A stretch of 64,000 bases of DNA, from NCBI GenBank assembly GCA_964016885.1, contig OZ024755.1, positions 8,928,001-8,992,000 of the forward strand, read 5' to 3'. This stretch comes from Eledone cirrhosa (taxonomy: Eukaryota). The translations under genes were made by a program, and so were the position numbers. Shown piece after piece: positions 26,822-42,642 of the stretch (positions are counted from its first letter, which is position 1; every line of letters starts with the position of its first letter). The notes under the pieces are model-generated. The model made no database searches, had not been told where the DNA came from, and saw only the letters and a program-made list of their open reading frames with translations.

Positions 26822-27171
26822 GTATTGGTGTCCATGTCTACATTTGTGTCTGTATCTATGTTCAATTACTTAGCAGTTCAATAGAAAGAGGTTGATAAAA
26901 TATGTATCAGACTTGAAAAAATATTAACACTGGTGTTGCTATGATCAACTAAATCCCCTTAAGGTTGTGCTGCAGCATGGCCACTGTCTGGTGACTGAAA
27001 CTTGTAAAAGAATAAAAGAAAACATAACAATAATGTGCAAAGTGTCTATGTCAGCGGTCACCAACCAGTGGTCCACAGAAAAATGTTAATGTATTTATAT
27101 TTTTAGTGGTCCATGAGCTGTGAAACTTTGGTGACACAGGTCTATGTGATTTACATCTTTTCTTTTCTCAG

Positions 27172-27303
27172 GCCATGTTGATACTAGCCATGTGGCTAAC
27201 CGAGCCCGGCAATCACCATATAAAATGATTTCTGTTGAGTCTGCTTTGGACATAGTTCTGGCAGAGACTCCTGTTGCAGACATCACTAAATTTAAGTATT
27301 CAG
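27172..27303 (+). CDS. GPHN: GPHN exon: linker end and E-domain start (HVDTSHVANRARQSPYKMISVESALDIVLAETPVADITKFKYS)
   Basis: Acceptor ttttctcag, donor G|gtgagt, 132 nt, phase 1 to 1. Resembles human [24 protein letters not shown]. Confidence 0.93.
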
Positions 27304-27359
27304 GTGAGTCAAATAACTATGCTTCTTTTCTTACTTTTTTCATTTTTTTTTTTTTTTTA

Positions 27360-27547
27360 TAATTGTTTCTACTTTTGGCACAAGGCCAGCAATTATCCAG
27401 TACATTACTGGTACTTTATTTTATCGACCCCGTAAGGATGAAAGGCAAAGTTAACCTCAGCGGGATTTGAACTCAGACCGTAAAGAGACGTAACTATGCT
27501 GGAAAGCATGGTGTCCGACCCTCTACCAATACTGCCAATTCACCGCC
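27360..27547 (-). mobile_element. SINE family 1, minus-strand copy; relatives at 38256-38423, 42943-43126, 43376-43562, 45643-45833 and ~58030-58185
   Basis: Reverse complement of the family 1 consensus, with high mutual identity. Confidence 0.85.
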
Positions 27548-28003
27548 CTTTTTTGTTTTATAATGTGGAGTTTATTGTTTGATGCTTTACCTGCTAATTA
27601 TTATATTTCTAGTGAAAGATACTGCCTATGTCTTTAACTATTTCATTATTGTATGTTTTACAAAAACCTAATACAAAAACAAAATACATATATATGTATA
27701 TAACATTAAATTAAAAGTCGAATGACATATATATAATAAGCATATCAAACAATTACAATTGTTTCATATGTTTATTTTATATATATATGTCAATCAACTT
27801 TTAATTTAATGTTAATAAATGTTCACATTTAATACTAAGGATCTTTGAGCTTATTTCACAGGTGATATGGCACATGCTTCTGATATTCTCAGACATGGCA
27901 TCTTTAATCTAATATTGGTAGTATATATGTATATATATATATATTTATGTGGTGTGAGAAATTTCATTTTGTCTTTCATTTATAAAATCTGTTTTGTTGA
28001 CAG

Positions 28004-28096
28004 AGTGCATTGGACATTATCTAGCAGAAGATGTGTTTGCTAAGGAACCTGTACCACCATTTCGAGCCTCAATCAAAGATGGTTATGCTGTGATGT
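28004..28096 (+). CDS. GPHN: GPHN exon (ECIGHYLAEDVFAKEPVPPFRASIKDGYAVM)
   Basis: Acceptor tgacag, donor T|gtaagt, 93 nt, phase 1 to 1. MoeA PPF..S..DGYA motif. Confidence 0.96.
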
Positions 28097-28597
28097 GTAA
28101 GTTAATTATAACATCTTCATTTGTGTTCTGCCTTGTTTTCTCTGTAACCTTCATTAGCAGGGAAAACGGACATTAGATGTTGATGTTGAATTCTTCATGC
28201 AAGCATGGCAAAAGAATTCTAAACTGTGATGATGATATCCACACTCTGGCATAACATCAAAATGCTTGTATGGATGTGTGGTTAAATTGTTCTTTTTTCT
28301 GTCATGTGGTTCCAGGTTCAATCCTGCTGCACAGTACCTCCAACATGTGTCTTTTACTATAACCTCTGGCTGACATAAGCTTTATGAATGAAACTAATTG
28401 GAAGGAAACTGTACAGAAGCCTGTCACATCTAGTATATGTCACATACATGGTTTCATTCCTGCAGGTGTTTTTTTCTACTATTTCTTCATCTCCAAGGGT
28501 AATTTACCCAATTTATAGTCATTATATGAATTGTACAGCATTTCATGATAAAAGCAAATATATTTCAATATTAAAATATGTTTTCTGTAAATTTCAG

Positions 28598-28653
28598 GCA
28601 GAGATGGTGCTGGAAAGAGATTGGTTATTGGTAGTGCAACAGCAGGGAATGTG
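28598..28653 (+). CDS. GPHN: GPHN exon (CRDGAGKRLVIGSATAGNV)
   Basis: Acceptor tttcag, donor GTG|gtgagt, 56 nt, phase 1 to 0. Resembles human ADGPGDRFIIGESQAGE. Confidence 0.92.
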
Positions 28654-29538
28654 GTGAGTATATGTTTACAGAGTCTTAGATTAATGTTTAATTATTACTG
28701 TATTGAGAATGGATGACTAGCTGAATGATATGAATGTAAGATATGGTGATAGTAGATGTGGATGGTAGAGACAAGAGGTTTAACCCTTTAGCATTTACAT
28801 TACTTTATATTTACTATTGTATTTTCACAGTAAAGGCTTTATCTATTTATTTTGAGAACAATACCTAAGCATCAGTATAAGCGGCCAGTTATTGTAAATG
28901 AAGTTACATTTAATAATAAATCTCCTCTAATTGCTCATTGTTTTTAGATTATATGAAAATCAGGTAAGAACCTTTGTTGAGTTATGTTCCAGACACCAGC
29001 TTAAAAATGAGAAAATTAGTTATATTTAAATGCCTTCGAATTACTGATTGTCTTAAAAATAAATTGAAAATCATACGCAATGTCTTTCATTAGAAATATG
29101 ATAATGAAACACCCAGAATGAACTATGATGATCTATTCCTTTGTGAGAAGTAGCCCTCAATATCTCTCCCTATTTCGCTCATGTTATAGCTGCGTGTTGT
29201 TGTTGTTGATGATATTGTTAGCAGCACTTGCCTGAACTACAAGGTCTACAGCAGAATTACCAAATCGTTATCACAAATGTTGCCGCCTCCCTCCTCTTTT
29301 AGAGTATTCCTGTAAAGAAATTCTAGATTTTAATGGATACTATTAAAAGAAGTCTGTACAATTGGTGGCAACCATCAACTGTTTGTTAGCTGTTTTTGTT
29401 TTATATACACATATATATACATACATACACATATACACACAATCACAAACAACAGACATACACAGACACATATATATATGGTTTACTATGTGTGTGTATG
29501 TATATTTATTTATGTATATATGTGTGTGTGCCAATATA

Positions 29539-29581
<43 letters not shown>

Positions 29582-29911
29582 GAATATATATATATATATA
29601 CATATGAATATATATGTATGTATATATGAATATATATATATGATAATATATGTATGTATATATGTATATATATATATATATATGTATGTATCTATGTATA
29701 TGTGTCTATATGTATGTATCTATATATATATATATATGTATGTATATGTATGTACATATATATATGTATGTATGTATATATGTATGTATGTATATATATA
29801 TGTATGTATATATATATATGTATGTGTATATATGTATGTATGTATGTATGTATATATATATATATATATGTGTATATATGTATGTATGTTTGTATGTATA
29901 TATATATATAA

Positions 29912-29965
<54 letters not shown>

Positions 29966-31320
29966 ATGTATATATATATACACATATGTATATATACATG
30001 TATATATATGGATATATATATAGCCTACTAATAGTAGCTTTCTGGTAGAATTAGTTGTAAATCTTACCCAACATTAGTTCTTCATGGTCTGATGATTTCT
30101 TTAGTTTTTGTTTAATAAACATCATACACACGTGTGTATCTGTCAGTGTGTGTGTGGTTATGTGTGCTCTTGTGTTTGTGTGCATGTGTGTGTGTGGGCC
30201 TTTGTGTGCATGTGTGCTCTTGTGATTGTATATTTGTGTACACATGTATGTGTATTTGTGTTTTTGTCTGCACATGTGTGTGTGTATATATGTTTGTGGT
30301 TGTGTGTGTATGTGAGCTTCTGAATGTGTGGTGTGTGTGCTTGTGAATGTGTGTTTGCTTGTGTGTGTATTTGCATGTTTGTGTGCACATATGTGTGTAT
30401 ATATGTTTGTGATTGTGTGTGTATGTGAGCATGTGAATGTGTGGTGTGTGTGCTTGTGAATGTTTGTCTGCTTGTTTGCATATGTGTGTGTGTGTGTTTG
30501 TTTTATGCATGTGTTGTATATGTGTGTATGTCTGTGTTTGTGTCTTTTACGTATATGAGTGTGTGTGTTTTAGGCATGTGAGTGTGTTTGTGTTTTATGC
30601 ATGTGAGAGTGTGTGTGTGTGTTTTATGCATGTGCGTGCCAAGTTTGTGTTTGTTCTGGTTCAGAATAAACAATCTAAAATGGTAAGGTTTAATTTTTCA
30701 GTTTCTCTTGTTTAGAAATGGTAGAACTCCTTCACTCTACAAAGTCTCTCCCCTTTTAGTCTTTCTCGCATACAAAATATTTTTATTTCCTTCTTTCTCT
30801 TCTTCACCTCTCCTCATAGATGTCAATTCTAGTTATGTACACATACACACACTCACATGCACAAGCATACACTTACATGTGCAAATACACACACATACAC
30901 TCTCTTTCACTCTCTCTTCCACAGACAACCCTATATCTGCAATAACAATATACATATGTATATATGCTTTCTTATATAAATAGCCAATGTAACTCTTTAA
31001 ATAGCTGCCATATATATAACTATATATATGTATCATAACCACCATCATCATCATTTAATGTCCATTTTCCTTGTTGGCAAGGCTTGAATAGGTCATTATA
31101 GATCATGTCACTACTTATCCAGAACCACTGTCTTCTCAGAAAAAATCCATAAACCTGCACTCCTAGCCCTTGCCCAGCAAGCCTGATTTCATAAACCAAC
31201 CATTCACCGTACCAGACATCAAATGGGAAAGACAGACATTATTGAGCTGCAGCTGTCATCATCATCACCGTTTTATGTCCATTCTTCCACGCTAGTATGG
31301 GTTTCTGTCTAATAAAACTA

Positions 31321-31386
<66 letters not shown>

Positions 31387-31476
31387 TTGTATATGTACAT
31401 ATGGATATATACAGACACACTCGCATTCATATATATCTGTATATATATATGTATTTGTTTTTTCTTTTGTATTTAG

Positions 31477-31655
31477 TCAAAGAGCCGTGTAGAGTCCTCC
31501 TATTGTATGCGTATCACAACTGGTGCCCATGTACCCCAGGGAGCTGATGCAGTTGTACAAGTGGAAGACACTGAATTACTGAGAAAGTCAAATGATGGGA
31601 AAGATGAACTGGAAATATTGATTAAGAAATCACCAACTACTGGGCAAGACATCAG
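31477..31655 (+). CDS. GPHN: GPHN exon ([60 protein letters not shown])
   Basis: Acceptor atttag, donor AG|gtaaag, 179 nt, phase 0 to 2. [11 protein letters not shown] motif. Confidence 0.96.
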
Positions 31656-31699
31656 GTAAAGCTAGTTTACATAGCTACACAGAGCATTGATTAACTGTA

Positions 31700-32561
31700 C
31701 CAGGTCTGCTGAAAAAGTATCTGATTTTAGTTTTTCTCATGGGAAGTAATGATATTAAGGAGACAAAACTGTGCAGAATGGAGCTGTATACATTCATGCC
31801 CTTGTGAGATTTTGGTGAGCTCACTGGATGTGCCTATTGCTGTCAGGTAGAGAATGTCTGGGATGCTGAACTAATTATTTATTTCATTTTCATTTCACTT
31901 GATGCTACCAACAAGAATCCTCAATTCCTGAATACTGTGGTAACTGGATGTGAGACACAGATGTACAGGTATGACCTGAAACCATAGCTCACTCATTACA
32001 GTAGAAGCATATCAGGTGTGGAACAAAATCAAGTTGATTTTCACTGTTTTCTTTAATTACTAAGGTATTGTTCCTCATCAATAAGCACCAGATGGACAAA
32101 CAGTTACAAAGTAGTACTATTAGGAAGTCTTCCAATGCTTTCATGATACAGTTTCTCACAAGAGACCAGATCTGTAGATCTCATAAATCTGGCACCTGCA
32201 CCATGACAACAACCCAGTTTATTTATTGCACCAAGGTTTCTTGGGAAAGGAAAACATTTTTCGCCTTCACCAGGCTCCCTACTCTCTAGACATGACTCCT
32301 TCTGACTTCTGGTTGCTTCCGAAAATGAAGGTACCACTGAAAGGCTCCTGCTCTTAAGAGATGTAAAAAAAAACATCATGTGGACTGGAACAGAAAAGCT
32401 AAGAGCCAGTCCAGGAGCATTCCAGACATGCTTTAAACTGGGGAAGTTTTGCTGAGCTGTGTGGCCTACTTCAAAGTGGATTAGCAATTGAACCCCACAA
32501 AGTATGTAAGTTTTTGTTTTTTTCCTGGAACTAATGTTGGATACTTTTTCAGCAAATCTCA
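31700..32561 (+). mobile_element. Decayed, internally deleted mariner transposon
   Basis: TIRs aggtctgctgaaaaagtatc / gatactttttcagcaaatct following TA. Remnant motifs FLNTVVTGCET..YRYD, WHLHHDN and APYSLDMTPSDFWLLPKMK. Confidence 0.85.
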
Positions 32562-33951
32562 TGTGAAATATCGCATTCTAGAGTAGTAAGAGTGCTGTTT
32601 TGTATTTTTTTCATTAACGTCTTGGTTATGTGGTTTCATGCAATATAGGGCATTAAGAGTTAATTCAGTGAGTTTTGGGGAATATGTACCAGATCACCTT
32701 GGAAAGTCTCTTGGGATTCCTTGGGGAGATTTATCTTATTCATGGAATGCAATAAAGCAAAACAGAAGCACTGATCTTTCGGACCCCTATATGGATTTTA
32801 TGGAGATATTTGCACTTTTTGTTTTATATTACCCTCAACCCTTTGATGTGATATGGCTCTACCAGGGGTCATGACCCTGCCTCCTCAGTCATGTTATAAA
32901 ATAATTAGAGACACATGGATAAATAGTGTGATGTCTCTCTAACTTGTTTAACATTGATAAAATTTGGGATATGTTCCCCTACATCTTATGTATCAGCTTT
33001 GATTTCTATTTGAAGAAATTATAAATCTATGGAAACAAATACAGAGTGGGAGTAAGGGAGCGAGAGGGAGAGAGAGAGAATGGGGGCAACAACTGAGGCA
33101 GAAAACATTGAAACAAACATACAGAGGGCAAGAGTGTGTGTGTATGTATTTCTGTGTGTGCATATGTGTGTGAAAGAGAGAGAGTAGATAGATGGATGAA
33201 GATAAATAGTTAGTTAGATAGATAGCAACAGCAAACAACAACAAACATTTTAAGGCTATTTTTTCCTGGTAAAGCAAAGGTTAGTCTCGTGGGCTGCATG
33301 AAATGCTTTATTTATTCCTCATGATAGGGTCCTTTTTGAAAATATTTTTTTATAGCCAAATGCCTTTCCTGGTGCAAATGCTTTTAGTCACCTTTTATGA
33401 CAGGCAGAAATACAGTGTCTCTTTTCTATGGATTAGTGGATAGCTTGACAGATAAATAGAGCAAGAAAGAGCTGTGTAGTAAGGATAGCGAGATATGAAG
33501 GATAGCTTGAGATGCCAAAATATCTTAAGATTTAAATTTGTTGCAAGTACCATAATTTGTTAGGATATCAGTATTGTCTAACTCATGCTAGCGTGGAAAA
33601 ATGGACATAAAATGGTGATGATGATGTAATGATGATCAGGTTAAATCCTTCACTGTTTGTTCCAGGTTCATTGTGCTCTGAGTTCAGACCCCACCGAGAT
33701 CAATTTTACCAGTCATACTTTCGAGGTTAATAAATAAAGTACCAGTTCCATACTGAGGTTGAATCTCTCTCTCTCTAAAAACAAAAAGAAATCAACTATG
33801 TTCAAACTTGGAGAGTGAGAGGCTACCCCACATTTAAAATGCTCAAGACATGCCATGTATCTATTCGGCTCCCTTATGACCCCATCAGGTATTAAGGACT
33901 CTCTTTTTTCTTCCTTACTATGATTTCAACTTTGTACATGATCTATTGCAG

Positions 33952-34105
33952 ACCTGTTGGTGCTGATATTCCTCAAGGTGAGAAGATCTTAAAACGGAAC
34001 CAAAGACTTGGACCTTCAGAACTTGGACTTTTAGCAACTGCTGGTGTGATCCGAGCCAAATGTTTCCAGAAGCCAACTGTGGCTGTCCTGTCAACTGGAA
34101 ATGAG
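33952..34105 (+). CDS. GPHN: GPHN exon (PVGADIPQGEKILKRNQRLGPSELGLLATAGVIRAKCFQKPTVAVLSTGNE)
   Basis: Acceptor ttgcag, donor GAG|gtatgt, 154 nt, phase 2 to 0. STGNE motif. Confidence 0.96.
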
Positions 34106-36423
34106 GTATGTTCTGCTCTTATGTATATTTACTCTCTTATTCAGCTGTGTATTTGTTTTGCAAGGTTTTTGATATGAAATTGTCTGTTGAAACAGATATT
34201 GTTATATTTGGGGAAAGTCATGTTTGTACCCAAATATAACAATATCTGTTTCAACACCCAATATTCCGCTCCTCCCAAAGTATTGGCCTTGTGTCTAAAT
34301 TACAAACCGTTATCTTTTGAGTGACTGAACAAGAGTGATGGACTTATGTTGAGTTCCTTTTGTGTTGCAGATGTGTTTATGGTGAATAGTGGTGATATTT
34401 GTAGCATTAGTACTATTCCTGCTATAATTTAACTGGTTAGTTCTTGTTTAACTCCAGGAATTGTAAGTGACAGATACTATCAGCAATGGAATGACCAATA
34501 GAACGATTATTTACTTGGTCTGATCTGAAGATCAGCTTCTTTATATTCTGTCTTGTTCAAGCAAACCTATGATCAAAAGTGTTGAACATTTCTGCATCCT
34601 ATCAATTTGTATACCTAGGACTACATTGTTCAATGTATCTTTCTATATTTAAAATATTTGGGTGTGATTTAAGTGAAATTCAGCTGCTATTTTTGGCTGA
34701 TGTTCCTGATGAGGATGGCACTCATGGTATAAAGATATTGGTAATGTTGATGGTGTTACTGGAAGCAGTTATGAAATCAGGGAGCTAAATCAAATTTCAG
34801 GCTAAAGTGACCTTGTCATGTAATGTTTAATTTTGCAATATTTTCATGTTTGTATATGGTCTAGAATGTGGGATTGGAGATATTTGAGAGTATTACTTCA
34901 CTGTTTTGAAGTATAATGTTGCCAAGGACTACTTTACATCCTCTATCCTTCCTAACTCTGACCTGAAGTAACTCAGAAAGGAATGTTTAGAGAGAATTAA
35001 CAGATGTTATTGTCAGAAATATGACAGGAACAGCCAATCAACAAATGACATGACAGTCTCATTCATAATTTACTGGGGTACACTGTGAAGGTTGCATGGC
35101 TTAATAGTTAAGGTGTTTGGCTTCTTCCAATACTTTCATGATACAGTTTCTCACAAGAGACCAGATCTGTCGATCTCATAAAACTAGTACCTGTACCATG
35201 ACAACAGCCCAGTTCATTTATTGCACCAAGGTTTCTTGGGAAAGGAAAACATGTTTTCTCCTTCACCAGGCTCCCTACTCTCTATCGTGAGATCATGGGT
35301 TCAATTCCTAGTGGTGTAGAGTGTTCTTGGGCAAAGTACTTTTATTTCTCATTACTCCAGTCCACTCTGCTGGCCAAAATGAGTTGTACCTGTAATTCAA
35401 AGGTCTAGCCTTTATACACACTGTCAGGCTGAATCTTCCTGAGAAATATTTTAAGGGTACACATATCTGTGGAATACAACTTGTAATGTCCTGTAATGAT
35501 TTAACTGAAAATATCTAAAAATGAGTTTATTAACCCTTTAGCATTTGCATTACTGCATATATACTATTATATTTTCACAGTAACAGCTTTACCTCAGATA
35601 ATTATCTCATATAGTATCAAATCTATGAGATTTTGATATTATTTATTTTGAGAACAATACCTTAAGATCAGTATGAGCAGCTGGTTTGAACAGAAAGAGG
35701 TGAGAGAATTCTGCCTGGCTACAGTTAGTTTAAATACTAATAGGTTAATTTAAAGGGTAGACAGCTTTTATTTATGGACAAGCTGTTGGTAAAATTTGTA
35801 ACATTAGAGAAAAGAATTACAATTTTCATGTGTTGCAGTCATTGCACTGTTTTGTACTTTTCATGAATGTCTTGCTAATGCAGTTTCATATGGTACTGTA
35901 TTTTAAGTGTTAAGACAGCATCTGGAAAACACTATAGATGTTTTACAATGACTTAACAGTGTGTGGTGCAGACAGGAGAAAGCTTTACTCAGTGGATGTA
36001 GTTACCTTCATACCTTCATCCAACTATGACAAGTAATATACATTTTGCAGAGATTCTCTGATGCAATTTAAATCTGATGGTGAAAGTTGGTGAAGTAACT
36101 GCTGACTCTGTCTAACAAGGAATCATATACAGAATGTTAACAAGATTTGGATGTATAGGATCTTTATACTTCATACAGATCTACCAAAGACATGATACAG
36201 TCCTGCTGTGTTCTTATCATTACATACATAAATGTATTTGTGTCCTGGCAACCAGAGACACTGGCAATGACACTGGTCTTTAACTCATAACAGATACATT
36301 AAATAAAATTTTCCTTCCTAATGACAATTTTAGAACTCACATATCTTTTAAGGAATTCTTTATCAATATCTTTGATGTTCATTATGAATTTCTATATCAA
36401 AAGATATTGAAATTCAGACTCAT

Positions 36424-37242
36424 TTAACCCTTGTGATGTGTGACCGATTGTCGCACTTGGTGGCGAATTGATAGTTGTTGTTTTTGTTTTTGTTTCCCTT
36501 TTTTGTTCTTTCTCTCACTCTGGTCGTATATTTTTGTGTATTGTATTTGTGAGGTTCCTAGCAATAGTTAATTGTATTTGTTGTGTGTTTATTTTTGTGA
36601 TTATATTTTCATTCTAAAATAATTGTGAGCAATTTATAATGTTATTTATTTATTTATATATATATATTTAAAACTTAATACAGTCATATATGTTCACAAA
36701 AAAAAAAATTACCAAGAAGTCTTTACTTTGCATCACTATATAAACAACTCTTTATTTTCTCATTTTTATTTTACTAACAAAAGTCATTAAAATAGATCAC
36801 CAAAAAAAGTATAGCTTTGTGGAGGAAAGTATTGCTATTTGGTTCTCTATCTCATTTTTATTTTACTAACAAAAGTCATTAAAATAGATCACCAAAAAAA
36901 GTATAGCTTTGTGGAGGAAAGTATTGCTATTTGGTTCTCTATCTCATTTTATTTTGCCTCTACACCCTCACGTGGCTTATGTATAACTTCAAATAATTAA
37001 CTTTCGCTTAGATTCATTTATAATATATTGTCAATGAGCTGTTCTGATTAGATATAATTATATTGGAACGTGTGTCTACAGAAGAAAAAAGAAACAATTA
37101 TATAGAACACTTTATTTTGATTAAACTTAAACATTTCATCTAGGTTTTGACACACATTGAAGATTTATTCAGATACTCAACAATTTTGAGGCTATTTTAC
37201 CTGTAAAAGCAGGAGTCAGCCTTGCAGGCCCCATAACAAGCG
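36424..37242. mobile_element. Possible non-autonomous piggyBac-like element with an internal 92-bp tandem duplication (36758-36955)
   Basis: Starts TTAA-CCCTTGTGATG and ends in an imperfect complement, cataacaagcg. The 92-bp block is duplicated exactly. Confidence 0.4.
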
Positions 37243-38859
37243 TCTCTATTTTGTCTTATCATTTGTATTTCTCCTCACCAACCCCCTGGATTTCATTTTC
37301 TTCTCCATCATCTTTAACCATGACTTTCATGGTCTTCCTCGACTTCTTTCCACATCCATTTCCTTCACTCCTCTCACCCAGTCTTTATCATTCTTCCTCA
37401 ACACAGGCATTACTCTAGGGTTAAGGCGTTTCCTTTGCAGCCACATGGTTTCATGTTCAGACATCCCCCTGGACAAGATGCCAGTCCATTGCAGGGTTAA
37501 ATCCCAGCGACTGCTGGTTCTCATTTTCTGCTGGGAGGACTGGATCAACATGAAATTAAATGTTGTGCTCAAGAACACAATGCAGTACACGCTCCAGGAA
37601 CTGAACCCACCTCATAATGATTGTTAGTCCAACACTCTAACCCCTAGGCCATGTGCCCTCACCACAATCTAATTACTGATGCCAATAGAAGAATCTGGTC
37701 TTCATCCAATGTTGGAATTCATGTTTTGTCTTCCTCTCTATAAGCAAAATACCCTCATCCATTAAACCATTCTCATTTCTATTCTCCCCTACTTTCTCTG
37801 CTGCTCTACATCCATCACCCATAAATCATTGCACTTTCCACACACTTGTAATGATTTAGCTGAAAATATTTTGAACCCTTTAAGCATTTAAACCGGCCAT
37901 ATCTGGCCAGAATTCTCTCACCTCTTTCTGTTCAAATCGACTGTAACTGGCCACTCATACTGATGTAAAGGTATTGTTCCCAAAATAAATACTAGCAAAA
38001 TCTCATAGATTCGATATTATGTGAGGTAAAGCCTTTACTGTGAAAATATAATAGTATATAGAGAGTAATGTAAATACTAAAGGGTAAAAGGGGTTGGCTG
38101 ATAGAAATGTTTATAGTATCTTTACTTTTGGACAGACCATTCTAACAATTTTGACCCCAGTACGTAAATGGTTCTTTATTTTATTGAGCCGCAAAAATGT
38201 GAAAGCAAAGTTGACTTCAGTAGGATTTGAACTCAAGGACAGCAATATTTTGGAGGAGGGGAAAGTCGGTTAAATCGACCCCAGACTGGTACTTCATTTT
38301 ATTGACCCCGTTAGGATGAAAGATAAATCTAACCTTGGCAAGATTTGAACTCAGAAGGTAAAGAGCCGTAACTCTATGCCACATTGCATGGTGTCCAATG
38401 CTCTACCGATACTGCCAATCCACCATGATGATGATGATGATAATAATAATAATAATAATGATAACAACAAGGATGATGATGATTGTGATGATGATTGTAA
38501 TTTGTATAAGCATGTACATAGTTTTATATAGTTGTGTGTATATATGTAGAATAGTAAATTGATTGTTATCTTGACGTGTGTGTGTGTGTCTATATATGTG
38601 TGTGTGTGGAGGTGGTGTGGTGCTGTGTTGTGTAGTGTAGATTAGTCTAGTGTAGTGTAGTGTGGCAAGGTGAGGAGAGGAATGGTTGAGGAATTTACCT
38701 CCCACCACTACCACTACTACTTTGTTCCATTGCTACTCCAGCTTCAGTGTAGTGAAGCTCACCATATGTTTCTCATTTCCTTTGACTCAGTCTCTCTCTC
38801 TATATATATATATATATCTGTCTCTTACTCTTTCTCTCGTTATATATACATATCTACAC

Positions 38860-40832
<1,973 letters not shown>

Positions 40833-42012
40833 TCCTTCTCTTTCTCTCTCTGTGTTTTCTCTTTAGAACAAAGATGAAATTCTAAGATACTCTGTATAAT
40901 TCTCCCACCCACCCTGCCTCCCCCCTCAGTTTCTTTGCTCTATTACCTCCCCCCTCCCTCCATACCCCACCCCACCCTCATCTTCCCATCATTACTTCAT
41001 CCTCTCTTTTACTTCTCTTCACCCCCTCTCATTATTTTTTCCTTTTCCTTTTCTTCTCTGATCCTTACTCTCTCCCTCATCCATGCTTTTACAATCCCCA
41101 CCAACACTGCCACCCCCATCATCACCTCCCACCAACACTGCCACCCCCATCATCATCTCCCACCAACACTGCCACCAACACCATAACTACCATCACCAAC
41201 AACACCACTACCACCACCATCCTTACCAAAACCAATACCTATGCTATAATCACCACAACAAACATCAGCAACACCAACACCACCGCCATCACCAACACCA
41301 CCACCATCACCAACACCACCGCCATCACCAACACCACCGCCATCACCATCACCACCACCATTACCAACACCACTGCCATTACCAACATGAACACAATCAC
41401 CATCACCACCCCCATCATCACAACACCACTGCCATCACCATCACTACCACCAGCAACACTGCCATTACCACCAACACCATCACCACTACCATCATCACCA
41501 ACACTACCACCATCGCCACTACCATTCCTATCAAAACCCACACCAACACCTTAATCACAACTACTCCACTTCCATCATCACCAGCACCACTACCACCACC
41601 ATTCTTACCAAAGCTAACACAAACACCATAACCTGTTAGATGTGATGTGGTGGTGGTGATGGTGTGGTGGTGTTGGTGGAAGTCAACTTATGATCACTCA
41701 TAATTAAAACATGGAGGAGGAGGTAGAATACCATTATTTTATTTTTGTTGTCTACACACACACATATATCTATATATATATGATAATGTTATATCTGTAT
41801 AAATACACATTGTGTAACCAAGACTGCACCAATGTGTATAAAAATATATATATATATAATATGTAGGCCTGTAAACATGCCAGAAAATACGAATTTCCCT
41901 GTAGATTGAAAAAAGGCTAAACATCTTTAACTCTTTAGCATTTAAACCAGCCATATCCAGCCAGATTTCTCTCACCTCTTTCTGTTCAAACCAACCATAA
42001 CCAGCTGTTCAT

Positions 42013-42642
42013 CATCATCATCATCATCATCATCAGGTTTAGCGTCCGTGTTCCACGCTTGCATGGGTTTGGACGGGGGTTTTCCCACTTGAGGCAAGAG
42101 TGGTTGTCTTGCTCGCATAGGACTGTCTGGCGGGTTTTCTACAGTTGGATGCCCTTCCTAACACCAACCACATTTACAGTGTGGGGCTGGGAGGTTTTTA
42201 CCGTGTTGCCTACACGGCCACATTACAGCGTGGACTGTCTGGCGGGTTTTCTACAGCTGGATGCCCTTCCTAACACCAACCACATTTACAGTGTGGGGCT
42301 GGGAGGTTTTTACCGTGTTGCCTACACGGCCACATTACAGCGTGGACTGTCTGGCGGGTTTTCTACAGTTGGATGCCCTTCCTAACACCAACCACATTTA
42401 CAGTGTGGGGCTGGGAGGTTTTTACCGTGTTGCCTACACGGCCACATTTACAGCGTGGACTGTGTGTTTTTTGTCGTGACACCTACACGATCTCATTTGT
42501 TTCGGCCTGGATGTTGTGGGACCAACATAACTTTACATTGAAAGGGGCGGTGTGGGTGGGGTGGAGGTGGTGGGACGGGGGGGTGTTTTGATAGAGATGC
42601 CTACTGACTGTAGTAGGTTTTTACTTTGTATTTAGGTAAGTA
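42013..42642 (-). mobile_element. Non-LTR retroposon with (GAT)n tail inserted into a TTAA MITE; 8-bp TSD CTGTTCAT
   Basis: TSD at 42005-42012 and 42643-42650. The MITE sequence resumes after the insert. Internal 112-bp unit x3. Confidence 0.8.
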
